From NCBI GenBank assembly GCA_964016885.1, contig OZ024740.1, positions 286,130,001 through 286,194,000 of the forward strand: a stretch of 64,000 nucleotides of DNA, written 5' to 3'. Below the pieces are notes generated by a model that saw only the letters and a list, made by a program, of their open reading frames with translations, searched no databases and had not been told where the DNA came from. Made by a program: the position numbers and the translations under genes. This DNA comes from Eledone cirrhosa. Its lineage: Eukaryota. Positions 46,345-58,870 of the stretch are shown one piece after another (the stretch's first letter is position 1; each line of letters begins with the position of its first letter).

Positions 46345-49300
46345 ATGGATAGATGGATGGACTGCGGAATCCTGGAGAGTGGAAGGGAGAGAAAAATCTG
46401 GACGCTCAGAGCGAAAATGCCAAAGTTAAAGTCAAATTCACCTCGTGGACGAGAATGCGAGCACTCCTCTTTGTTTCGTCCGCGGATGGCTAACATAACC
46501 CCATCTCCCTCCGCCCCCCACCGCCCCCACCCTCCAAACGCAATCCAAAACTTCAGAGTTGGTACCATAAATGTAGGCACCCTAAAGGGTCGCGCTAACG
46601 AGGTTGTAGAAATGCTTGAACGTAAGGAGGTCGATGTTTGTTGTATTCAAGAGACCAGGTGGAGGGGTGGGTCTGCTAGATTCATTGAGGGTAAAAAACG
46701 ATGTTATAAGCTTTTCTGGGTGGGAAACAACGATGGGCTGGGTGGAGTAGGAATCATGGTAGCAGAAAAGTGGGCAGATAAGATAATAGACGTAAATAGA
46801 GTGAACGACAGAATAATTAAAATACGACTTGTCCTCAATAGAACTACGGTGACAGTAATATCTGCGTACGCACCCCAATCCGGACTGTCCGGCACTATAA
46901 AAGACAGATTCTATGAGACACTGATGCTAACTACCTCCCAAATATCTGACAATGACTATATAATTATTGCAGGCGACCTAAATGGTCACGTTGGACAACA
47001 TTGTGACAGCTACGACGAAATCCATGGAGGCTATGGGTTTGGTACTAGAAATGAGGAAGGCTCCAGAATCCTGGAATTCTGTGATGCAAATAACCTAACT
47101 ATCTGTAACACTAACTTCAAAAAACGTGACAATCACCTGATCACCTATAGATCCGGGGAACACACAAGCCAGGTAGATTATATCCTTACCAGAAGACGTG
47201 ACAGAGTGTTGTAAACACTAAATCCCTCCCCCATGAAGAATGCACCTCCCAACATAGACTGATAATTAGCGACCTCATAGTCAGGACGAGACGTACTCGA
47301 CAGCAGAAGAGGACTATCCTCAGGAGAAAAATATGGAAGCTAAAGGACCCCACAGCCAGAAATAAATTTCAAAGCATATTACTTGATGCTTTCGACAGTA
47401 AGGAAGAACATTTAGAGTCGGACAATATAGAGGGACAGTGGGAATTTCTGAAAGCAAACCTGCTGTTGGCGACAGACGAAGTCTGTGGCTGGAGCAGGCC
47501 TGTAGGCAGGAGGAGAGTAACATGGTGGTGGAACAGTAAGGTGGAGGGGTCAATTAAGGCCAAAAAGCAGGCTTGGAAAGTATGGCGGGATGGGGGAAGT
47601 AGAGAAGACTATCAAGTGGCCAGGAGGGAAGCTAGGAGACAAGTGTACTTAGCAAGAAGGGAAGCTGAGGAAAGAAAGTTCAAGCATGTTCTACAACGCG
47701 AGGACCAAAAACGTGAAGTGTTCAGGATTGCTAGGCAATGCGTCAAGGAAAACCGTGATATTGTCGGGGAGAAGTGTGTACTTAACGATGATGGCATACT
47801 TGCCATCACCGACGCTGATAAGAAGGTAGCTTGGAAGTGTCACTATGAAAGGCTACTAAATGAGGAGAATAAATGGGAGAAAGACAGTCTCCCCCAGATC
47901 GACCCAATAGAGGGACCAGCAGTGTTAGTTGAGGGGAGTATAATAAGTAAGGCAATCAAGGATATGAAGACGGGTAAGGCGGCTGGGCCTTCGGAAATAG
48001 TTGCTGAGATGCTGAAGGCATCTGGCACGGTGGGACACACCATGGTCACCCGCATAGTTAACCAAGTCGTACAGAATGGGGTTGTTCCGAAGGACTGGCA
48101 TAGCAGCATCATCGTTAACTGTTATAAGGGTAAAGGAGACGCCCTAGATAGGAGTAACTATAGAGGCATTAAATTAATCGACCAGGTCATGAAGGTCACG
48201 GAAAAAGTAATAGCGCAACTAATCAGAGAGAGAATTGACCTAGATGAAATGCAGTTCGGGTTTGTGTCAGGCAAAAGTACCACAGACGCTCTTTTCATAG
48301 TACGACAACTACAGGAGAAGTACCTAGCTAAAGGTAAACCCCTCTACTTAGCTTTTGTCGACTTGGAGAAAGCCTTCGACAGAGTCCCCCGCTCCATTAT
48401 CTGGTGGGCTCTTAGAAAACTAGGCGTTGACGAATGGCTTGTGAGGGCTATACAAGCCATGTATAAAGAAACAGTCAGCAAGGTTAGAATTAACAACGAA
48501 TATAGTGAAGAGTTTAGCGTAAAAGTTGGCGTCCATCAGGGCTCTGTTCTCAGCCCCCTACTATTTATTATTGCCCTTCAGGCTATAACAGAGGAGTTCA
48601 AGACCGGCTGCCCATGGGAACTCCTATACGCAGACGACCTGACACTCGTAGCGGAATCAATGGCCGAGCTAGAGAAGAAATTCCAAACATGGAAGCACGG
48701 CCTAGAGTCAAAAGGACTTAAAATGAACCTGGCTAAGACCAAAGTTCTAGTTTGTAGGAAAGAAAACAAGGCGGCGGTCCCTTCTGGGAAATGGTCGTGC
48801 TCGGTGTGTAGGAAAGGCATAGGTAGAAACTCCATTTTATGTCCTAAATGCAAAGTATGGGTGCATAAAAGATGTAGTGGGATCACAGGTAAGCTAACTA
48901 AGAACATAGATTTTACATGTGGCCGGTGTTCTGGTGCAATAAGTAGCAGCAAGTTGCCACAAAATACTAGCTCTTTCAATTGCGCAGAGGGTTCTATAGA
49001 AATAGTGGACAGCTTCCGTTACCTGGGCGATAAAATCAACAGTGGGGGAGGGTGCTCTGAAAGTACTGTAGTTAGAGTCAGAACTGGTTTGAAAAAGTTC
49101 AGAGAGCTTATACCACTATTAGCTGCTAAAGGGTTCTCCCTAAAAATGAAAGGCAGGTTGTACGATGCCTGCATACGAACAGCAATGTTGCATGGCAGTG
49201 AGACCTGGGCATTGTGTGCAGAGGATATACGCAGACTAGAGAGGAACGAAGCTTGCATGCTCCGCTGGATGTGTAACAGTAATATACGTGAACGGCAAAG

Positions 49301-49630
49301 CATAAACGAACTAAGGAAAAAATTAGAGATAAGAGGGATCAGATGTTGTTTACTCGAGAGAAGGCTACGTTGGTATGGACACGTGATGCGCATGAAAGTC
49401 GATAGCTGTATAACAAAGTGCAGGGCAATAAAGATAGACGGTAGCCACGGAATAGGCAGACCTAGAAAAACCTGGGACGAGCTGATAAACTCCGACCTCA
49501 CACACTTACACCTCTCCAAGACAATGTCACTGGACCGAGACCTTTGGCGGTACTCAGTAACAGAGAAGACCCGCCTTACCACCGAGACCTTTGGCGGTAC
49601 TCAGTAACAGAGAAGACCCGCCTTACCTAA
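46345..49630 (+). pseudogene. RTE APE-RT ORF broken by a single frameshift
   Basis: ORFs 46345-47214 and 47466-49607. A net 4-nt loss near 47208-47214 relative to copy 1 (agagtgttgtaaacac vs agagtgtctgttgttaacac), and a 47-bp tandem duplication at 49534-49627 that alters the C-terminus. Confidence 0.9.
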
Positions 49631-52065
49631 ATATATAGTAAAACCTACTCCAGCCAGTAGGCATCTCTAACAAAATACACCCCGTCCCACCACCCCCACC
49701 CTCACCCCATCCACACCACCCCGTTCTATGTAAAGTTATGTTGGTGCCGCGCCATCCAGGCCGAAACAAATGAGATCGTGTAGGTGTCACGACAAAAAAA
49801 CACACAGTCCACGCTGTAATGTGGCCGTGTAGGCAACACGGTAAAAACCTCCCAGACCCACACTGTAAATGTGGTTGGTGTTAGGAAGGGCATCCAACTG
49901 TAGAAAACCTGCCAGACAGTCCTATGCGAGCAAGACAATCACTCTTGCCTCAAGTGGGACTACCCCCGTCCAAACCCATGCAAGCGTGGAACACGGACGT
50001 TAAACGTTGATGATGATGATGATGATGATGCAAGGCGAATTCATGTTGAGAGTGCCACAGGGGCCATGAACCATAAGTGATTTGACGATTTCAAAAAGTT
50101 CACCATCTATATTGAGGTCAGGGAGTTCTGTGGATATTATAAAGTCGTTTTGGTTTGGGCATATTTTCGTTGCAAGCCAGATTAGAATGTGTGCATGAGG
50201 CAATCCTCGTTTTTGCCATTCAATGGTTTAATGCTAACAGGTGACGGTTCCAAAGATTTCAAACTTTCTGATTAAATTCATAATTCTGTCAACTTTAAGG
50301 TGGAAGACTCGAGATATGAGGTCATGCCTGTGAAGATGAGTCTGACCTGGAAGCAACTCGTCTTGAATCTCTTTTCACTTTGGGTTGCAGGTAAATGTGA
50401 TAAATAGGTCTGGTTCACCGTGTTTCCTAACATAGCTCATTAAATCCTATGTTAGTTCGTGCATATATCTTGGGCTTGAAGGCAGAATGTATAATTAGTC
50501 AATGTTTTCTCCAGCAACATAATTTGTTGATTGCGTCTCGTAAGTGAATGTATTCATCTTGTCTCAACTTAGTTTGATTGTTTTTTATGTAGCTAAATCT
50601 TTCCGCTTCTACTTTTGTGAACATATCTACAGCAAATTGGTGGAAAAGATTTTGGCTACGATGTAAGTGGTTGAAAGAATTATTACGCACCATAAAATGG
50701 TAAGCATAGAAGTCCATGCATGAGACTGTTTTCATTCGGGTGTATCCGGTTTGCTTAATGTTAATGTGGTATCTATTTTCATAGTACACAAAAAGTAAAG
50801 GCTATTTTAGCGCGTCATAGGAATGGTATGTTTCACTGATGAATTGGAGGATGTTGTCACTTTTATTTAACACAATATCACATTTGCTACCATGTTCTTC
50901 TCCAGTAATCACAACAGCTATCTCATTGCATTCTGGAGCATTAAATCTGCAAGCATGTTCACCTGAGGGTCTCTTATCTGCGTCAATGACTATTTTAAAC
51001 TCGGGTGTATTACCAGCAATTTCCAGAGCACATTTAAAACTTTTAATGTAGCTATTATAAGAATGAAGAATCTCTTGTAGTTGTAGTATCAGCTCTAGCC
51101 TTGTATTTTGGTATCTGTTGTGCCTAGTCTGTCCTTCAATATTATAATCACCTACGAAGTATATCTGCAAAAAACCTTGGTTCTTCATTCGGCAATGGTT
51201 GAAGTAATCCGATTCTGTGATAAACTTGACCCTGTATTTTGAAAGTCGGCATGAATTCTCCTTCAGATATGATATTTGCTCCAAATGATGTCATCTGGAA
51301 TGCAGCATTGTATGTTTGTATTTGTTTTAAGAATTATTTTCCAGAAGCTGTCGATGCAAGCAGCAAAGTTTTCAATGGCTCTGGTGGATCCTGAAATGGA
51401 GATAAATTAATTTTGCCATCTGAGCAACATATCCGGGGAGTTTCTCCAACCAACTTTTTTGCAGAACAGTTCTCACAGGTTTTGAACATTGAACCAATAG
51501 ATATCACACTTTCAGAGGCATAATCATGTATCTGATCGTAGTTGAAGGCTGCTAGTCAACATTTATTAGGAGAAAAAGGTGTAAATTCCAACCTGACTCG
51601 TCATTGTTCTCTGGAGCAGACATTTCTGGTTGCATCACTCTGAAGTTGTTCTGTTAACACCTGTTCCCTGAAGCAGGCTTGTCTACCAGATTCAGACTTC
51701 AACCTCCATAGTTTCTGTGCTGGTGTCTCGTGTTCCCTGGAGTGAGCTTGTCTATCAGCTTGAGACTGAAGTCTTGCTTCTTGTTGCTCTTGTGTCTCCA
51801 CCACATTTCATTGTTTCTGAGATTGTAGCCTGCCCTGTCTTTCCTTTTGTGTGTTCCCTAGCCCTTCAACTTCTGGAGTGTCAGGTTTCAGATGATTGAA
51901 AAGTATTATGTTGTCTTGTATGCAGCATATTGAATTTTATAAAGTAAATTGTTTAAAAATAAGAAATAAACCCCATAACAATTTAATGGATTTGGTCCAT
52001 TATAATAATTATACCTTTTTTATATCAATAAACTTGACTTCAGAAAATGAAAAAAATACTATTGT

Positions 52066-52516
52066 TTGGAATCGTAACACATGTAACACAAGGAATGTTG
52101 AAATAGTGGATCAAATCAAAAATGTCTAGCGGATAAGATGGGTGTGTTGTCGATGATACGAGTGAGAGGGCAAACAATGATTAGTAGTCACTTACCAACC
52201 TCCGTCATTTCTGCTCTGGTGACTCTTGTTTAATCAAGCGGGTTTCTCCATTGGCTTTAGAATCCAATAGATGAATTTATATCAACTGGAAATTGTGGGT
52301 GTGTAAGTGAGCCAATGTGTGTAGATGAAGACTGTGAAACCAGCAGTTCATGTAGCTTGTACAGAGCTTCACTTCACAGAAGGAAAATATGATTGCTTTG
52401 AATCATAACACATGTAACGCAAAGAAATGTTGAAATAGTAGATCAAATGAAAAGTGTTCAGCGGATGAGATGGGTGTGTTGTTGAAGAACTGAGTGAGAG
52501 AGAGGAAACAATGATT
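52066..52516. repeat. Pair of ~120-bp diverged direct repeats in the Helitron 5' region
   Basis: gaatcgtaacacatgtaac...aaacaatgatt at ~52066-52182 and gaatcataacacatgtaac...aaacaatgatt at ~52397-52516. Confidence 0.8.
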
Positions 52517-52610
52517 CTTGCAGGTGTGCTGTCAAGATGAAAATGATATTCTGCCTTTAAAAGCATCTTCCCTTATTTATCTGGATCACCTTGTGCCTAA
52601 CAATATGCGC

Positions 52611-52716
52611 ATTGCCACTTGAAATGATACTGCCAATCCACCGCCCTTACACCATATTGCCACTTGAAATGATACTGCCAACCCACCGCCCTTACACAAT
52701 ATTGCCACTTGAAATG
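52611..52716. repeat. 45-bp tandem repeat containing the 5' tip of the Nin-type SINE
   Basis: attgccacttgaaat-gatactgccaatccaccgc-ccttacac x2.3; gatactgccaatccaccgc also occurs at the SINE head near 30454-30472. Confidence 0.75.
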
Positions 52717-53102
52717 CCTCGACTGCAGAAATTACGGCGATATATACCCTTCATAAAAATGTGTCCTGTATAATAATGACACCTTTGATATATATATATA
52801 TATCACCAAACTTCATTTCACAAAAGTTTAACAATGGAAACTTCAAAGACAATAGCCTTTTTCATGATATGCTGATTTGGGCATGTTAAAGGTCATTTTA
52901 CTTACACTCGATCTGAAATAAATGTTGAAAAAATATTTTTAAAAAATCAATTAAAATTGACGGAAATTCTGAGATAAAAAATGAAAGACACAGTGATGTA
53001 GATCTGGAGAGTGCGGTTTCAGTCAATACTTTAATTATTACCAATGTATTCAGGAGTTTGTGTAAATCTCAGTCAACAAACAAACTTGCTTTTTATATAG
53101 TA

Positions 53103-53159
53103 CTAGCAGAATGGCCCGGCGTTGCTTGGGATTCTAAACATAGATTGGCATGTTTATCC
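53103..53159 (-). mobile_element. 3' terminus of a further Helitron
   Basis: ctagcagaatggcccggcgttgcttggg is the reverse complement of hairpin + CTAG, as at 56895-56922. Confidence 0.7.
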
Positions 53160-53741
53160 CTCAGGAGAAAAATATGGAAGTTAAAGGACCCCACAGCCAG
53201 AAATAAATTTCAAAGCATGTTACTTGATGCTTCCGACAGTAAGGAAGAGCAATTAGAGTCAGATAATATAGAGGAACAGTGGGAATTCCTGAAAGCAAAC
53301 CTGCTGACGGCGGCAGACGAAGTCTGTGGCTGGAGCAGGCCTGTAGGTAGGAGGAGAGTAACATGGTGGTGGAACAGTAAGGTGGAGGAGTCAATTAAGG
53401 CCAAAAAGCAGGCTTGGAAAGTATGGCGGGATCGGGGAAGTAGAGAAGACTATCAAGTGGCCAGGAGGGAAGCTAGGAGACAAGTGTACTTCGCAAGAAG
53501 AGAAGCAGAGGAAAGAAAGTTCAAGCATGTTCTACAACGTGAGGACCAAAAACGTGAGGTGTTCAGGATTGCTAGGCAATGTGTCAAGGAAAACCGTGAT
53601 ATTGTCGGGGAGAAGTGTGTCCTTAATGATGATGGTGTACTTGCCATCACTGACGCTGATAAGAAGGTAGCTTGGAAGTGTCACTACGAAAGGCTTCTAA
53701 ATGAGGAGAATAAATGGGAGAAAGACAGTCTCCCCCACATC
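53160..53741 (+). mobile_element. RTE copy 3, 5'-truncated, running into the assembly gap
   Basis: LRRKIWKLKDPTARNKFQS...WEKDSLPHI; same family as copies 1 and 2, slightly more diverged. Confidence 0.92.
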
Positions 53742-53941
53742 NNNNNNNNNNNNNNNNNNNNNNNNNNNNNNNNNNNNNNNNNNNNNNNNNNNNNNNNNNN
53801 NNNNNNNNNNNNNNNNNNNNNNNNNNNNNNNNNNNNNNNNNNNNNNNNNNNNNNNNNNNNNNNNNNNNNNNNNNNNNNNNNNNNNNNNNNNNNNNNNNNN
53901 NNNNNNNNNNNNNNNNNNNNNNNNNNNNNNNNNNNNNNNNN
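53742..53941. other. Assembly gap (200 N)
   Basis: Run of n. Confidence 1.
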
Positions 53942-54399
53942 AGAAAAATGAAATATGTCCGACGAGGTGTCCAACTTCCAACATGACCGATATATCAGCA
54001 GTAGTAAGGGGGTTGACTCTTGGATTTTCCTAGCCTCAGAGATTTTTTCAACTGGAATTTTTTTCTTTTCTAGGTTTTTTAGATTGTTTTTGACTAATCT
54101 GACATCTGACTAATTCACCAATGACTCCTTTTTCTGAAAACGGAGGCAGGGAGTGAGTTGAGACCCTTGGAATTACAGATAAGCACCTCTCAGCTATTTA
54201 TATTTATAGAAAAGCACCCGTGTGTTTTCAATTAATTTAACCTCTGACATGCTCACAATCTCCTTTTTTCCCAGCCTTGGAGAGTTCTTCAGTGGGAATA
54301 ACAGTGGTGGGAAGGGAGGAGAACCCGTGGAGTTACAGATAAAAACCTCTCAGCCATTTAAATTTATAGAAAAACAATCCCTTGATACTGAAGGATGTT

Positions 54400-55100
54400 T
54401 TGATTTATCATCATTTTGTACTGTTTTGGAAAATATTGTTAACTTAATTAATTAAGTGTTTCCCAATTTGGAAATCCACCATTCCAAAGAGGAGTGGCTA
54501 TGTGAAAGAGCAATCCTCATCCTCCAAAACATTACAGTGAATATCATCAACAACAATATCTCACAAATGATCCCTGGAGGTAGCCAGACCTATAAATCTA
54601 TCGACAAAGTTGTCGACGAGGGCGAGGCTGTTACTTATCCCTTTGAATTTCTCAACAGTCTAGAACTGTCTCTGGTATGCTGCCACACAACCTTGAATTG
54701 AAGAAAGGCACAGTCATCATGCTTCTGAGAAACCTGGATCAGCCATGATTGTGCAACGGGAAGTGTATGGTTGTGACTGAGCTACAGCCTCACATTATCG
54801 AAGCCAAAATCTTCGCTGAATGTTGTATATAAGATGTCTCATACCTAATATACCGCTAATACGAACAGATGTCCCTTCTCATTTCAAACGATTGCAATTC
54901 CCAGTGAGGGTTAGTTACACAATGACCATTAACATATCCCAAGATGAAACCCTGCTGGTTGTCAGTCCCCATCTAGAGGAGGGATGTTTCTCACATGGTC
55001 AATTATATGTAGGTTGTTCCAGAGTAGAAATCCCCCACAATCTCTTCATATATGCTCCAAAGAAAAATTCTTAATACATTGCATATACTGAAGTTACGTA
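54400..55100 (+). pseudogene. Helitron PIF1-type helicase C-terminal fragment
   Basis: WLCERAIL, TYKSID, MLLRNLD..LCNG, FKRLQFPVRVSYTMTINISQ, CFSHGQLYVGCSRV; frameshifted. Confidence 0.85.
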
Positions 55101-56008
55101 AATGTTTTACAATGTTCGCAGAATACATTTTTCTATTATTTTCTTTATTACTTTCCAATGTTTATAAATTCTAAATAAATTTTAAAATCATGTTATGCAA
55201 TATTTTAATACCTTTTAACATCTTTTATTTTAAGGAAAATGGGCATTATGATAGGTGCCAATAAGTACCTTATAAATAGATTTGAGCACAATACAGACCA
55301 GGAGGCTACTAGTGTATGTGTATGTGTGTGTATATGATAGTTTAAAAAAAAAGCCTTTAGAATATAAATTCAAAATAGGAGCCGTACAGGACAAAGACAA
55401 TGGAAAAAATAATGGAAAGACAGACAGTCCTATCTCCTCGGTCAACTTCTGGGAATCACTACAGTTTCGGTAGATCAGTATCAACAAAAAAGGAGCAGGA
55501 GACCAGCCACTTTATAATAATAAATGTATCTAAAATATACTAAAACTATATCCATACTTTAAACTCACTTCAAGTACCATTTAAGCATTCTAATTATTGA
55601 AGTTGAATACCAAGAAGAATGTAGATGTTTGGATTGAATTCATGGAATTGCTATCATTGTTGATCATAAAATGATTATGGCTTTAAACTAAAGACTAGTT
55701 GAATAATGCTTTTTTCCATAAGTGGCTGATTTTAATACAAGAGATGAATAAACAAGAATATACATTATAAGCTGTATAAAGAACTGAGATTTGTTTTTCA
55801 AGTATGAGGTTTGAGATTTTGAAGATACATGTGGGGATTTTTGATGTTCATGCCCTTCTCTAAGATATTTCTGCCAAAAAATCAAACAAAATTATTTCAA
55901 ATGAGAATAAAAATCAGAAAACATGTTGATAATTTACTTCTGCAGTATTCACTACACTGTTATAATAATATAAACAGCATATCACAATACAATATTATTC
56001 TAATATAA

Positions 56009-56922
56009 TCTATATATATAAAACTGTGGTTGTCTGTCTGTCTATCGATTTTTGGCACACATCTCCTCTTAGAATCTCTCACGGAATTGCACCGAAATTG
56101 CTATACTTGTACATTGAGCCCTAGCAAAGACATCGGAAAAAAAAAATTTCAAATTGACCCACCCTATGTGACGAAATCGAATATAATGTATCGATTTTTG
56201 AGCGTAAGTTATCAGTTATTTCCCTTTGTTCTGTTTACATTGAGCGTCTTACGTAAAAAATTACGCTGGCTTTAACAGTTGTCGAGCCAGCAAAATATTG
56301 ACCTGCAAAATTCATCAGTTCGAACACTAAGCTTCCGTTTTGCTTCATTTCCATTTAAAAGCATTTTAAAACAATATTTTTACTTGAAAACAAGCCTATT
56401 TAAAGACTACGTAAAACAAGCAAATATTTCGTCGTTAGGCGTGCAGACAGACAGTCGTGCAGACAGACAGTCGTGCAGAGAGGTGATATAGGCGTGCAGA
56501 CAGACAGTCGTGCAGAGAGGTGATATAGGCGTGCAGACAGACAGTCGTGCAGAGAGGTGATATAGGCGTGCAGACAGACAGTCGTGCAGAGAGGTGATAT
56601 AGGCGTGCAGACAGACATAACTGATAATTTGGTTACGCTAATGTTTTTCTCTGCGTTGCAGTGTTTACATTTTCGATCTTTGTTAATAAATAACCAGTGC
56701 AGTTTCTATCCCCAGCATCCTCTTTTGTTATAACATTCGGGTTATCGTTATGTTTTCTTAACTTCATAAGGCATATTGTTGGTTGAGGGAATATTAATCA
56801 AAAACACCACATGCAAGTCTGCACAGTAGACACTACAGTTTTTAAGCCAAGAAAGAAACTTAACATTGTAACTTTAACACAGCTACTGAGCGACCCCGAG
56901 CAACGCCGGGCTTTACTGCTAG
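56009..56922 (+). mobile_element. Complete non-autonomous Helitron
   Basis: A|TCTATATATATAAAACTGTGGTTGTCTGTCTG ... CCCGAGCAACGCCGGG hairpin ... CTAG|T; inserted between A and T with no TSD. Confidence 0.9.
56436..56617 (+). repeat. 37-bp minisatellite inside the Helitron
   Basis: taggcgtgcagacagacagtcgtgcagagaggtgata, about 4.5 copies, with an internal cgtgcaga subrepeat. Confidence 0.93.
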
Positions 56923-57634
56923 TACACAATACAACAATGTAATATATATATGATTTCTTATTCTCTAGAGAACACTTTTATGAAATGGTAGGTATAAAAA
57001 TACAGTGAAGAAAAAATGCTTTTGTTGTTTATATTAAATATTTCACATTAACTAAACTTTAACGTTAAACTCCTGAACTATTGCTATAATAAATTACTTT
57101 TTTCATGGGAGAATGTGTTACTAGCACCTAAAATGTCTTTGGAAGGCTTTACTGCAAACAAATGGCTAGTTTCAACATCAACTTTTAACGTCACTCAACC
57201 CATTGGCTTCCCATGTTTCACAGTCCGTACTGCAAATATTATAAAATAAAAATACTTTTATATGCTGGAATAATCAAAAAGTAAATGTGGCACAGCTGTA
57301 ATAAACTGAACTTTGATATGCAATATACTGAAATGTTTTCTATAACAAAAATATGATCTTATATTTTATTTAGAAATCATGTTTGTCATAAATTAACATG
57401 GCAAATACTCTTCATGATTATCATCAACGTTTTTATGTCCATTTTTCCACACTTGCATGGGTTGGACAGGTCCTTTTCAGTACACTATCTCTCTACTTAC
57501 TGTGTTCTTTTGTCATCTCCTCTGTGAGTCTCAGTGATTTGAAATTAGCTCTCACTACCTCGGCTCAGATCTTCCTTGGTCTACCTCTAATGTGGCTTCC
57601 TTCCACTGGGATTTCCTGGCACATCATCCACTAT

Positions 57635-58870
57635 TCAGTTAGGGTGGTTACCAAGCTGGGCTGTGAGGCTGCCGCTCACACCACCAGAGCTTTTACCAAA
57701 TTGCCTTCTGAGACCCCAAAGATAATCCTCAAACTAGATCTCAGGAACACCTTCAATTCCATCAGTCAGGATGTCATCCTCCAGTCAATAAGGGAGAGGA
57801 CCCTACAGCTCTACCACTTTGCTTGGCAAGCCTATTGGGAGCCCTCCTACCTCTCCTTTGGTGACCATTTTATCCTATCTGTCTCAGGGATCCAACAGGG
57901 TGACCCACTTGGACCTGCTCTTTACGCACTGGGTATTGATAATATCTCAAAGATGGGAGCTGACCTGGATTTGAATGTCTAGTAACTGAATGATGCTTGT
58001 TTGTGGGTTCCACCAGATAAGGTCCTTTCAACTGCGAAGAGGATGATTGAGGAACTGGGTCATAGAGGCCTTCACGTCAACAGTTCCAAATGCGAGCTCT
58101 GGCCACTCAACCACCCAGCTTCATATCAGTAGCCTATAAACCTGTTTACAGAGTCCTTCCCCTCTATCACAGTTCTTCCCTCATCAGCATGGTGCTCCCT
58201 TGGAGCCCCAATTACTGACCAAGCCTTCAAGTCCCTCTTTCGATCTAAGTTGGCTAACTTTGAGCAACTTTTAAAAAACTTTGAGGCTATTGAGTCTCAC
58301 AAAATATTTTTATACTTAGGAATTACTTGTTGATTCCTAAGTTGTTGTATTTCTTCATAGTCTCTCTTACAATCTTAATGAACTCGAAGGCTTGGTCAAT
58401 GTCAGACTCTCTCCAGAGTCCCACAACTATTGGTGGTCTTCAAAGTCTGGATGAGCCTTGTATCTCTATTGCAGTCTGAGTGGGAGCTGATGTCTGTGGG
58501 CATCTGAGATGCTACTGTGGTAGGTCCCTCGACTCCACAGGCTTCCATGATGTGTCTTGTCATCTGAATGCTGGTTGCTTCACCCACCACACTGAACTAA
58601 ACCTAATCATCAAGCGGGCCCCAGCTCAGGTAAATATCCCCTAAATTCTGTAGCCGTCTGGATTATCCAGAATTGTTGGGAAGAGACCAAATGATCTTAC
58701 TCTTTGTCCCTGAGTAAGAGGCAGATGTCTCATCTGGGATGCCACAGTCAGTGACTCTTTTGCTCCCTCCAATGTTGCAGTAAATGAGAGGGTCACTGCT
58801 TCCATAGCCTCACCTTCACCTGCAGTAATGCTGCAAGCATGTTGGCTTGCCTCAAAAATTTCCATTGGCC
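57635..58870 (+). mobile_element. Decayed CRE-clade non-LTR retrotransposon (RT + restriction-like endonuclease)
   Basis: GCEAAAH, LKLDLRNTFNSI, SGIQQGDPLGPALYAL; later a CCHC-like remnant and KRPNDLTLCP*.RGRCLIWDATV (RLE PD..D region). Confidence 0.75.

Larger units (their letters stand above)
45913..50029 (+). mobile_element. Young RTE-clade LINE, copy 2, apparently full length with 5'UTR
   Basis: Removing 45913-50029 restores the Helitron reading NSPC-MKN. (GAT)n tail; nearly identical to copy 1 in the opposite orientation. Confidence 0.95.
44150..53102 (-). mobile_element. Decayed autonomous-type Helitron (Rep/helicase), split by RTE copy 2
   Basis: Minus strand, in order: ETQEQQEARL repeats (51600-51890); Zn finger CENC...CCSDGK (~51410-51480); FITFTCNP (~50390); HUH motif WQKRGLPHAHILIW (~50170-50222); HGPCG..NSPC|MKN..KCKKKYPKQF; IKYVCKYVNK (~45650-45680); Walker A APGGVGKTF (~44590-44620); SIDKVV..YPVEFL. 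5' terminal ...aaacaaacttgctttttatatagta at ~53102. Confidence 0.88.

Noticed and set aside
53684-54033. ORFs spanning X runs
   Set aside because: Artefacts of the 200-N assembly gap.
56436-56617. 37-bp repeats resembling a CRISPR array
   Set aside because: The units are contiguous with no unique spacers, the context is eukaryotic, and there are no cas genes.
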